Below are positions 20,334-28,835 of a stretch of 64,000 bases of DNA, piece by piece. Position numbers and translations under genes: made by a program. This DNA is from Candidatus Bathyarchaeota archaeon (GTDB taxonomy: Archaea; Thermoproteota; Bathyarchaeia; 40CM-2-53-6): the NCBI GenBank assembly GCA_963833125.1, contig CAWHWX010000012.1, positions 64,001 to 128,000 of the forward strand. Direction: 5' to 3'. Each line of letters opens with the position of its first letter. Positions within the stretch are counted from its first letter, which is position 1. Under the pieces are notes generated by a model. The model had not been told where the DNA came from. It worked only from the letters and a program-made list of their open reading frames with translations, and made no database searches.

Positions 20334-20921
20334 CTAGGACTTTCGCCGTTCTAAGAAACGGGTGAGGCGAGTGGCCATTTTTAGGGCGATTCTCCCTGGA
20401 AGAGTCACCAGGTAACGCCCACGGTCTCCCTCCTGAATTACAAGCCCAGCCTCTTGAAGTATTTTCAAGTGGTTCGAGATCGTGCTTGGAGAAATGTCCT
20501 TGAGAACAGATTCGATCTCGCTTGCGTATCTCCCACCGTAAAGTAGTTCGTTTAGAATCCGCAGTCGATGTTCGCTAGCCATCGCACTCATCAATGTTGC
20601 AGCGCGGTCGGCTTCTGCTGGGGTGATCGCTCTTGCCTGTACTCTCGCTATGTGACGGTCGAACCAAGCCCCGGTTGGATCGACGAAGACTGATTTTTCA
20701 ATCTCAGAGGAAATGCCAGACGTAACGCTCTCGACAACGTCGTTCACATATTCTGATAATGATTGAGCAAAGTTTCGTTTGGGCGATTCATTGCCTCGCA
20801 TGTTCTGCGGCGGTATGGCATTTGAGATTCGTTGAACTTCTTCACGGAGTTTGGCAACTTCTTCCTCTAGTTGGTCGATGTTTGATGAAGGGTTCGATTT
20901 ATCCACCATGTTAATCATCAT
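20334..20921 (-). CDS. ArsR/SmtB family transcriptional regulator with N-terminal coiled coil
   Basis: AMASEHRLRIL...SPSTISNHLKILQEAGLV wHTH. Confidence 0.8.
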   Translation of the reverse strand: MMINMVDKSNPSSNIDQLEEEVAKLREEVQRISNAIPPQNMRGNESPKRNFAQSLSEYVNDVVESVTSGISSEIEKSVFVDPTGAWFDRHIARVQARAITPAEADRAATLMSAMASEHRLRILNELLYGGRYASEIESVLKDISPSTISNHLKILQEAGLVIQEGDRGRYLVTLPGRIALKMATRLTRFLERRKS

Positions 20922-20956
20922 CGAATTGAATTAGTGTAACATCGAATTAGATTCGA
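20919..20956. promoter_or_regulatory. Putative autoregulatory operator of the ArsR gene
   Basis: Perfect inverted repeat TCGAAT-TAG-ATTCGA at 20942-20956; CATCGAATT repeated at 20919 and 20940 (21-bp spacing) at the gene start. Confidence 0.5.
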
Positions 20957-21078
20957 GAATAATAAAGCTTTCGTGGAATAATCCGCCAAGTCGTTCTTTT
21001 AGTTTAGAGATTGGAAAAACGGGGGGACTCCAGTCCTAATCCGCTTATATCGGGTGCTCTCGCGATGGGGACTAACCC

Positions 21079-21921
21079 ATGCAGGAGATCGCTACGGGCG
21101 CAATTTCTTCTCTCCACGCCAGCGGCGAGCATGTTCCTAAGGATGTCCTCGCGTTAGAATACAACCCGGAGAAGAAGCTCGCACACTTTGTGGTCACACT
21201 GAGGAATGTGCCGGGAGCGCTTGAGTTCTCGGCCGCGATTGCCACGAAGCATAAAGTAAACATCCTGTCGGGGTTCCATCACGCTCCATCTGCTTCCAGC
21301 CAGGCATTCTGGAGCTTCTTCGCGGACTTTACCGACGCGGGAATCGGCCCAAACGAACTCGCAAAGGAGCTCGAGTTTCTTCCATCGACTGTGGAAGTTC
21401 GCTTCAAAGTTCCACGAAAAGGTCTGTTGATCGATTCGTTCCATTTTCCACTTCGGTGGGGTGGACAGCGTGCAATCATATTGCGGACGGAATCCATCGC
21501 ATCAATCTTCTCTCGAATCATGGGCGTATTTGGTGACGGAGCAGCGGCGAGGGTCGTGATGTATGAAATGGGGGAGGCAGCGGGCAGGGCGATTATGAAA
21601 GATCTTCTCGCTCAACTTGGAGGAGATATCGTAAGGGATGAACTTCGTTCAATAGTTGGGTTATACTCATCGAACGGATGGGGCATATTCGACCTGGTTT
21701 CAATGGACCTGGATCAAAAGAAGGCTGAATTTCGGGTTCGCGACAACTTTGAGTGTGTACATTACAAGGAATCCGTTCTCCCGAGAAGTAATTTCCTTCG
21801 AGGTCACATTGCTGGTTGGTTCTCGGAACTAGTCGGCAGCCGCGTAGAAGTGGTAGAGCAGTACTGTGAGGCGAAATCGGATCCATTCTGCTATTTTGTG
21901 GTTCGGCCCACAACCCTGTGA
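21079..21921 (+). CDS. ACT domain plus V4R domain protein
   Basis: LRNVPGAL...VNILSG (ACT); GWG, FLRGHIAGW and CEAKSDPFCYF (V4R). Confidence 0.8.
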   Translation: MQEIATGAISSLHASGEHVPKDVLALEYNPEKKLAHFVVTLRNVPGALEFSAAIATKHKVNILSGFHHAPSASSQAFWSFFADFTDAGIGPNELAKELEFLPSTVEVRFKVPRKGLLIDSFHFPLRWGGQRAIILRTESIASIFSRIMGVFGDGAAARVVMYEMGEAAGRAIMKDLLAQLGGDIVRDELRSIVGLYSSNGWGIFDLVSMDLDQKKAEFRVRDNFECVHYKESVLPRSNFLRGHIAGWFSELVGSRVEVVEQYCEAKSDPFCYFVVRPTTL

Positions 21922-21983
21922 TCAATGTTTGCTTACTCTACGATAGATTGAAAGTGGGGAAAGACAGCTACAACGCCTTGGTA

Positions 21984-22329
21984 ATGGAAAACGGAACTAA
22001 AATCTGCTGATTTCAATGGCGAATTTCTGAGGAATAAAGATACACTTGCGGTGCTTTTCCTCGCGTCGTGGTGTCCGTTCTGCACTCGATTCTACCCGTT
22101 ATTTCAAACCACCGCGGAGAAGAATAGCATTGCTTGGGCCACTGTGGATATTAGCGAGGACGAGAATCCACTTTGGGAGATATTCAGCATCGGGGTCGTC
22201 CCAACCATTATCATCTTCAAAGAGGGTAAGGCAGTGTTTAGAAGGGACGGGAGTCTCGGGCGAGGCCTTTCTCAGAAGGCGATTGACGAGAGTATAACTC
22301 AGATGAAGTTACTATCGACGACAAGCTAA
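21984..22329 (+). CDS. Thioredoxin family protein (5' indel)
   Basis: ASWCPFC active site and VVPTIIIFKEG. The ATG at 21984 is out of frame by one A in an A-run. Confidence 0.8.
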
Positions 22330-22346
22330 GCCGCCTGCGTGGATCA

Positions 22347-22646
22347 TTATTCGTAGACGAGTTCTCGTTCCAGAGGCCTACCTTTCCGATACTTCCATAT
22401 CTCTACCCTTCCGCGATAGGCCTTGCCCCAAAGCTTCAAGGTTCTTCGTTCTGCTTCCGTTGCCCTTCCTTTCCCGCTCTTCACCTGAACCATAAGAATT
22501 CTTCCCGCCCGACCTGCGAAGATATCTACGGGACCATGTGAGGCTGCGCTACGACTGCAAAACCATCCTTCCTCCCGTAGTTTCCTTAAAACTTGGTATT
22601 CGCGGCTACGACCTCGTGTGTACGGCGTCGAGACCATTCTTTCCAC
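22347..22646 (-). CDS. Hjc-like PD-(D/E)XK nuclease (Holliday junction resolvase family)
   Basis: GRSRE...L...GW...RSAAS.GPVDIFA...VQVKS pattern. Confidence 0.75.
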   Translation of the reverse strand: MERMVSTPYTRGRSREYQVLRKLREEGWFCSRSAASHGPVDIFAGRAGRILMVQVKSGKGRATEAERRTLKLWGKAYRGRVEIWKYRKGRPLERELVYE

Positions 22647-22902
22647 TCCATCCTCCTAACCCCAAATTAGTTCCCCTTTCTCTCTTAATCACGTCGAGTG
22701 CCTCTTGATCGTTAACTTAGACTCGTGCCCAGCTAGCTTAGGGTGGCGGGACATGACTTGATTCATAATAGACGTACGGGTTGATCCAATTTTCATTGAA
22801 CCAGTCTAAAACGAATCCTCTTTCAGCAATTAACCAACACCATAGAGTGTTGTAAAATACTTAAGCTTCGAAATCCGACACGTCGAATCGAGACGGCTGA
22901 CT

Positions 22903-24558
22903 TTGGGGTCTTCAGGGCGATTGCTAGCGATTATTGCCTTATCCATCATGTTCGCCGCTCTCCATGTATCCTACGCATTTGCTGACAACAGCTACACAGT
23001 TACTATCACAGTTCAGGGTTTACCGTCTTCCCTTTCAACGAAAGTCTACGTTGATGGGAGTTATAATGGAACACTGAGCGGTGGGAGCTCAGACACGTTA
23101 ACGCTTTCAATAAATGACAACCCGCATGCCATCTTGGTTGATTCTTATGTGCAAGGGACCGGAAATGGGACACGATATTACGAGAATGATACAGTGTGGG
23201 GTATCAGCTCACCAGGCAGCCATATGTTCACTTACGTCGCTCAATATTTTCTGTCCGTGGAAACCGCCTTTAGCTCAGCTACAGGCCAATCGTGGTACAA
23301 CGCAGGTTCGACTGCTCAGGCCGTGCTTAACGATCAACAAATTGTCGAGGGGCAAGGAACGCGAAACATATTCACAGGTTGGTCTGGCGACGCGACAGGG
23401 ACGCAATTGACTTCGAATGCAATAATTATGGACGGACCAAAGGTCGCAACCGCGAATTGGAAAACCCAGTTTTACTTAACCATTGAATCTAACCCAGCGA
23501 ACGTCACTAGCTTGACAGGTTCTGGGTGGTATGATTCGGGCGTAGACGCTAACTTTTCTGCTGTTATGGTAGCGTCTGGGACATCGAATACGCGCTTGGA
23601 GTTCGATCATTGGAGCGGTGAATACACAGGGCAGCAACCTTCGGGGATGGTGTTGATGGATCGTCCAAAAATTGTCAGTGCCAATTATCTTGTTCAATAC
23701 CTTCTGACCGTTATGTACTCCTCACCGAGCGTTTCATCCTCATACAACGAGACTCACGCAGGTTGGTACGCTGCGAATTCTAGCGTGCAACTCGGGCCCG
23801 CACCATCAATTATCAATTTGAGTACCGTGGAGCGGTTGCGATTTATCGGTTGGTCTGACAACGGTTCTGTATCGAAGAATCTATCGTACTCTGTTTTGGT
23901 AGTTGGGCCACTAAACGTAACTCTCTCCTACACGACGCAATACTATGTTGACGTACGCTCTACATACGGAACGGCTTCCGGTTCGGGTTGGTACGATCGA
24001 GGGACAACCGCAACGATTACCTCCCCAACTACTTCAGGCACCTGGCCCGTTTCGTATGCGCTGACCGGGTGGAGCGTTGACCCGCCCACCGGAACTCTGA
24101 ACAGTACAGAGAATTCGTGGATGTTAACCGTCAATGGGCCATACGTAGTACAGGCAGAATGGGGAGTAGATTACGTCCCACTGATCCTGCTCTTTGGCGG
24201 GAGCGCCGTCGCGTTTGCTGCTGTGGGAGTTACTGCGGTGGTAGTTCACAGGAGGAGTAAAGTTACCGGCAGATCTACTGCTCCTCGCCCGCAAAAAACC
24301 GGCCAGGCTATGTTAGGGTCGCTGGTAGTTTGCAACAGTTGCGGTAACAATGTGCCGAAGGGCGCGGAGTTCTGCGAGAAATGCGGAGCCCCGATCGCGC
24401 CACTCATCGAACCTTCAACGGAGAATAAGGTATACGACTACATCGTAAAACACGAGGGTATAATTTCCTTGAGCGAAGCATCAGCAGATCTTGCGATACC
24501 TGTTGAGCAGCTAAAGGAAATAACTGAGCGTTTGAAGAGAGAGGGCCGTTTAAGTTAG
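22903..24558 (+). CDS. Membrane-anchored surface protein: InlB-B-like repeats, TM, cytoplasmic zinc ribbon and winged helix
   Basis: Signal peptide; repeated GSGWY...F.GWSGD...QY.L.V units; TM; CNSCG...FCEKCG; C-terminal KVYDYIVKHEG...L.REGRL wH. Confidence 0.75.
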   Translation: MGSSGRLLAIIALSIMFAALHVSYAFADNSYTVTITVQGLPSSLSTKVYVDGSYNGTLSGGSSDTLTLSINDNPHAILVDSYVQGTGNGTRYYENDTVWGISSPGSHMFTYVAQYFLSVETAFSSATGQSWYNAGSTAQAVLNDQQIVEGQGTRNIFTGWSGDATGTQLTSNAIIMDGPKVATANWKTQFYLTIESNPANVTSLTGSGWYDSGVDANFSAVMVASGTSNTRLEFDHWSGEYTGQQPSGMVLMDRPKIVSANYLVQYLLTVMYSSPSVSSSYNETHAGWYAANSSVQLGPAPSIINLSTVERLRFIGWSDNGSVSKNLSYSVLVVGPLNVTLSYTTQYYVDVRSTYGTASGSGWYDRGTTATITSPTTSGTWPVSYALTGWSVDPPTGTLNSTENSWMLTVNGPYVVQAEWGVDYVPLILLFGGSAVAFAAVGVTAVVVHRRSKVTGRSTAPRPQKTGQAMLGSLVVCNSCGNNVPKGAEFCEKCGAPIAPLIEPSTENKVYDYIVKHEGIISLSEASADLAIPVEQLKEITERLKREGRLS

Positions 24559-24995
24559 AAGAACGGATTCATGCCGTGTTCTGGTTGCTGGTACGTCGCC
24601 GGGTACTGTTGGTATTGGTACGGTTGGTACTGCTGTTGGTACTGCTGGGACTGCGCACTGAACTTCGGAGCTAGGCTCCAATAGCATTCCATGCAGAAGC
24701 TTAGAACTCCGTATTGCTTGTTGCAACCTGCACAAATCGACCTGCCGCACCGCGAACAAACAAATGCAGATGGTAGGTCATGGTGGTAGTAGCAGCTGCC
24801 CGGAGTTTGGATCTGTCTGGGAGTGTACATTGGAGGGGCTCGTGGGGTTGGAACGGTCTGGCCAGTTAATGGGGATTTCACTTCAACTTTGACTGGGGGA
24901 AATCTTGAAAGTGCAGTGCCGCAACTGAAACAGAATCGTGCGTCCTCGGCGTTTGGTCTGCCGCATGATTGACAGGGAATCATATTCCGAACCAC
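24555..24995 (-). CDS. Zinc-ribbon plus B-box-type zinc-finger protein with Q/Y-rich tail
   Basis: CQSCG...FCFSCG; CYYH-x7-CSRC-x4-CAGC-x9-CMEC. Confidence 0.72.
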   Translation of the reverse strand: MVRNMIPCQSCGRPNAEDARFCFSCGTALSRFPPVKVEVKSPLTGQTVPTPRAPPMYTPRQIQTPGSCYYHHDLPSAFVCSRCGRSICAGCNKQYGVLSFCMECYWSLAPKFSAQSQQYQQQYQPYQYQQYPATYQQPEHGMNPFF

Positions 24996-25142
24996 TAAGC
25001 AAGTGTTTGTAGGCCGTTCTTAACGATTGCCCATTGAGAGAAGGCACGTGGATGGTTCGATTTCCCCATAGAAGCATGGAGTTAGGAAGGTTAGGTGGGA
25101 GGGAGTGTGTGAGAAACTGACATGAATATTTCAAAATCGATG

Positions 25143-26393
25143 TTAAGTCAATCGAAGTATTGATTCATGGAGTTCTTGGTTCTTGCCCTCAGCCAAGACT
25201 CTCAGGTAATCCCCCCGCTTGCCAGCCCTACGAAGTGGTGATTTACCCTCTATTTTCCGTGTCCCCTCCGAGTTTTCGGCGAAAATCGTGAGCTCTCCAT
25301 CCCCAAGGTTAGACGCTTTACGAATTGATTCTTCTACCGTGGCCTTAGCAGCACGTGGGCTATCTAGCGGTAGGTCGTTTCGCGGGACGACGATCCTTCC
25401 CGTTCCGTCCTTCCCGCAAACAATGCATCGCACGCTTCGTTTGAGATCCATGGTGCTGTAGCGGTTGTTCTTGAGATCGACGAACAGGATTGATCTGAGC
25501 GGTTGACCAGTTGTTTCAGGCCACTTCGTGGTTGTCTTGTATGCCTCTAAACCGAGGATTACTTTGACCGCTTCTTGTGCGAGGATAGACGAGACTAGGG
25601 AAATTGATGTCGCAAAGGAAGGAACGGTTTCTTGTTCCAGGGGTCCCTCGCATGGGTTGCGGAGGCCGGCGATGCTCGAATACTGGTTCGCGGGAAACAT
25701 GCAAACTGGGCAAGCGTCATCGGGTGGTAGGTAGGAGTGAACCCTTCCGTTCAATCCAATAATTCCCGCGTCGATCAGAGGAATTGAGTATTTTCGGCAG
25801 GTTTGAGTAAGGAAGATTCGTGAGACGACATTGTCTAAACCGCAAACGATCACTTGGGAGTCCAGGTAAAGTTTCAATGGCATACGTTCGAGATCGCCGC
25901 GGTAAGCGGTCGTTGTTACGAATGGATACTTCAGATGAAGGTTCTTAGCCAAAAATTCGGCCTTGTTCCTGCCTAAGTCTTTAGGTTGGAAGAAGATCAT
26001 TCGGCTTACGTTTGAGAGTTCGATACGGTCGCGGTCAACAATTACGATTCTCCCGACTCCCAGCATGGCGAGGTTTTTAGCAGCCTCGTTACCTATAGCC
26101 CCCGCGCCCGCCAAAAGCACCGTTGCGCTTCGAATCTTCTTCTGTCCTTCGGCGCCCCAGACAAGTAGTTGCCGAGCCCAGAGATAGTCTAGGATGATTG
26201 GGTCCTTTTCGGTTTTGAGTTTGGCAACGGTTGATGTTTCTGCCAGTCGCTTACCGTGGAACAGGCATTTTGTAAGGTCAGATTCTATGCCTAGTTTTCT
26301 ACAGGCTAATTGTTTGAATTCCCTGATCGTTCTTGTAGGGGGTAGATCAATCTCAATTTCCTTATACCGCGGGATAGACGCACGAAGTTTCAT
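25143..26393 (-). CDS. Ubiquitin-activating enzyme E1-like (N-terminal Ubl domain plus ThiF/E1 adenylation domain)
   Basis: aa 1-70 are ubiquitin-like (TIREFKQ...LFHGKRL..TSTV). WARQ...GQKKI, GAGAIG, DRDRIELSNVSR, GLDN; Zn ligands CPVC and CIVC; candidate catalytic Cys in RNPC (about C248). Confidence 0.88.
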   Translation of the reverse strand: MKLRASIPRYKEIEIDLPPTRTIREFKQLACRKLGIESDLTKCLFHGKRLAETSTVAKLKTEKDPIILDYLWARQLLVWGAEGQKKIRSATVLLAGAGAIGNEAAKNLAMLGVGRIVIVDRDRIELSNVSRMIFFQPKDLGRNKAEFLAKNLHLKYPFVTTTAYRGDLERMPLKLYLDSQVIVCGLDNVVSRIFLTQTCRKYSIPLIDAGIIGLNGRVHSYLPPDDACPVCMFPANQYSSIAGLRNPCEGPLEQETVPSFATSISLVSSILAQEAVKVILGLEAYKTTTKWPETTGQPLRSILFVDLKNNRYSTMDLKRSVRCIVCGKDGTGRIVVPRNDLPLDSPRAAKATVEESIRKASNLGDGELTIFAENSEGTRKIEGKSPLRRAGKRGDYLRVLAEGKNQELHESILRLT

Positions 26394-26986
26394 TATCGCG
26401 GCGTCCGATTGCCCTTACCGGGGATGGTGAACGTCACTAAATCACCAGGTTGAGAGAGTACCGTTGGGGCTCTCGGGATAGGGACTATGTTGAAGTGAAC
26501 GGTATCGTCCGATTCCTCTTTCGCTTTGTGCCTAGTCATTCTCGGAAACCCATGTGATCGGCAAACGTCGGCAGCTTTCAAGGCGCGGGGGTTATCGAAA
26601 ACACTTTGTGGGTTCGGGTCCGTTAGGAGGTAGTGTAGTGAATTGACGACCGAAATTAGTTTGAGCCGTGGGTCCCATTTTTCTCCGAGGACAGATACGC
26701 AAACTGCGTTTGGTATGTTCGGGACAATATTCGGGTGAGAGATATCGGTGAGCCAAGTCGCCACGGGAGGCTTCAATGGATATTCGGGTGGCAGGTCGAG
26801 TTTGAATCGATTCCAGTTCACGTACTCGGTGAAGGGCCAGACTCCTTTCTCGGCAAGTCGTCTCACCTCTCCTTTCTCGCACCGGATTAGGCCCTCGAAT
26901 TGGGTAGGGGGGTCATTTAGCGCTGTGATTGTCGGGAATTGGTGGTTGAGGAGGCTCTTCTCCTTGTAAAGCAGGGTAGCGTCCAA
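26393..26986 (-). CDS. Ubiquitin-conjugating enzyme E2 (UBC fold)
   Basis: LPPEYPLKPP...SHPNI...VC(96)VSVL..KWDP...LLTDPNP.S UBC signature; TAATG overlap with E1. Confidence 0.92.
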   Translation of the reverse strand: MDATLLYKEKSLLNHQFPTITALNDPPTQFEGLIRCEKGEVRRLAEKGVWPFTEYVNWNRFKLDLPPEYPLKPPVATWLTDISHPNIVPNIPNAVCVSVLGEKWDPRLKLISVVNSLHYLLTDPNPQSVFDNPRALKAADVCRSHGFPRMTRHKAKEESDDTVHFNIVPIPRAPTVLSQPGDLVTFTIPGKGNRTPR

Positions 26987-26998
26987 GCGGTTTCAGCC

Positions 26999-27241
26999 CT
27001 ACCCGCCAATTATGTTGTATGGCATGAGGGCGAGTTGCGCATTTTCTGGAATGCCGGATCTCGCTACGGTAGTGCCTTCGTCTAATATTGCGCCTCCGTA
27101 CATGAGAGCGACCGTTGTTGGGTCAACCCCAAATGACGTACACACCTGCTGCTTAATCTCTGCAACCGTGTGGTCAGGGATTACGTCGATCTCTGCCAGA
27201 CCTGTCTGAGGGCCTATGGGGGCTTGAATGAATAATTTCAT
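26999..27241 (-). CDS. Ubiquitin-like protein with free C-terminal GG
   Basis: 80 aa; beta-grasp pattern (IDV.PDHTVAEIKQ...LMYGGAILDEGTTV...GI) ending IIGG-stop; GGAGGTGA RBS at 27252-27259. Confidence 0.88.
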   Translation of the reverse strand: MKLFIQAPIGPQTGLAEIDVIPDHTVAEIKQQVCTSFGVDPTTVALMYGGAILDEGTTVARSGIPENAQLALMPYNIIGG

Positions 27242-27296
27242 CTTCTATCGTTCACCTCCACTCATGCTGCCTTGTCTCTCCATATAGGAGCCTAAA

Positions 27297-28835
27297 CTAC
27301 CTTACTGTAAGCTCGACAGTTAGGGCGTGTACGAGCCCGCCTCCAACTGCCTCTATCGTGATAGGGTAGGTCCCTCCCTTTGTAAAGGCTGGTATTGTTA
27401 TTTGGATTGTTATTGTAGTCGTTCCGGGGCCTCCAGGTAGAACAGTCGGGTTGCTTGTCAAGGTATACTTTGCTCCTTGAGGGAGGTTCAGCAAGGTTAT
27501 GTTCACAGGGTCTACGAACCCTTTTTGGAGAGTTAACCTAAGATTAAGTGTCGCCTTTGAACCGGTCTGTACTGTGACACTGGTTGGCGAGATTTGCAGT
27601 GAGAAATCGGCTACCGTTATGTTAAGTACTGTTTGTCTGGTTACATACGGTGATTGAGAGGGTAGGTAGTCGGCAATCAGAGCTATTGGATAGGTGCCGT
27701 TAGGGGTAGTCGAGTCTGCGGTCACATTCAAGCTCACGGTTGTTCCTGTAGGAGCAGGGTTTGTCGAGAATGTGATCGTTAAGCCGCTGGGGTTTCCGTT
27801 GGCCGAGAGCTGGACTTGTTGTGCGAACTCATTGATTGACACTATCTGGATCTTTGTGACTGCATACCTCGTTCTGTACACTGTGAGCGAGCTGGTTTGT
27901 GGTAGGATGTTGAAATCCGCAATGACGATGTGGTATGTGTTCGTGTTGACTTGCTTGCCTGTAGAATCTGATGCTCTGATGTAGTAGGTGATGTTTCCGG
28001 TCACCTGATTACTTGGGATGACGTAGCTGAATTCTCCGGTCCCAATCGAATTCATGGGGACTTGTGTGGTTGGGCCCTCGGTTGCTGGGCCATAAACCAA
28101 GGTTACGTTATGCGCAGGACCAGTTGTGTTGGCAGTAATCGTAATTGGTGTTCCAATGGTCCCTACCGAGACGGGGTTATGAATGATGGCTACCGACGAT
28201 TGCGGGGATGTCTTGTAACTATAGATTAGGCCTCCAAATACTGCCAGCAACACAACCAGAACAACCAAGACCATGGCCAGCGCTGCACGCTTTGTCAGGA
28301 CTTGTCGTGCAGGTGGTCGTCGTCTGACTTCTACAGTCGGCGTGGGCGCTACAACCGTAGCTGTCGTTTGACGCGGTGGGGTGGCGTCCTTTGGATCAGA
28401 GTAAACTATTATGTTCGCTTCGGGGATCCGAATGGCTTTGTCAGTTCCTGGGATCACCCTGAAGTATCCGACTTCTCCGTTTCTTGAATCAACCACCAAG
28501 CCTGTAATCAATGCTGAGAATTGCTGTAACTTTTTTTGAGTTGAAATGTCCGTCTCGGAAAAGAATAATCCATCCCTAGTGTGTGAGTGGTACCATCCTA
28601 CGATGTTGCCTTTGAGGCGTCCAGAAACGAGTTGATCGGCTATGATTGCTATGGAGCCGGGCGGTAGTGTGGCGCGATGAGGTTCGGATGAGAATTCATG
28701 AGTGGTTGAGTCTTCGATGATTATTGTGTCGTCTTGGAGTTTGCCGAGTAGTAGCCCAATAATCTCGGTTTCGGTGTCCCGTGCAGCTTGGACAATCCTG
28801 TCCTTGACAGGTTTCGAGATGCTGACGTAGGACAT
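27297..28835 (-). CDS. JAB/MPN+ metalloprotease fused to a TM helix and external beta-sandwich domains
   Basis: E24...GWYHSH(83,85)-x7-S93-x2-D96 intact JAMM motif; basic linker; TM at aa about 184-205; about 300 aa of Thr/Asn-rich Ig-like repeats (DF.I.P...S.TV...G.Y.I). Confidence 0.88.
   Translation of the reverse strand: MSYVSISKPVKDRIVQAARDTETEIIGLLLGKLQDDTIIIEDSTTHEFSSEPHRATLPPGSIAIIADQLVSGRLKGNIVGWYHSHTRDGLFFSETDISTQKKLQQFSALITGLVVDSRNGEVGYFRVIPGTDKAIRIPEANIIVYSDPKDATPPRQTTATVVAPTPTVEVRRRPPARQVLTKRAALAMVLVVLVVLLAVFGGLIYSYKTSPQSSVAIIHNPVSVGTIGTPITITANTTGPAHNVTLVYGPATEGPTTQVPMNSIGTGEFSYVIPSNQVTGNITYYIRASDSTGKQVNTNTYHIVIADFNILPQTSSLTVYRTRYAVTKIQIVSINEFAQQVQLSANGNPSGLTITFSTNPAPTGTTVSLNVTADSTTPNGTYPIALIADYLPSQSPYVTRQTVLNITVADFSLQISPTSVTVQTGSKATLNLRLTLQKGFVDPVNITLLNLPQGAKYTLTSNPTVLPGGPGTTTITIQITIPAFTKGGTYPITIEAVGGGLVHALTVELTVR

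Noticed and set aside
22347-22646. Hjc-like nuclease as a marker of a provirus around the Ub locus
   Set aside because: No integrase, capsid, packaging ATPase or att repeats were recognised nearby.
25143-27241. E1 plus GG-protein as a ThiF/MoeB-ThiS/MoaD sulfur-transfer module
   Set aside because: An intervening UBC E2 with catalytic Cys, a JAMM protease, ubiquitin-like sequence features and the absence of thiamine/Moco genes argue for protein conjugation.
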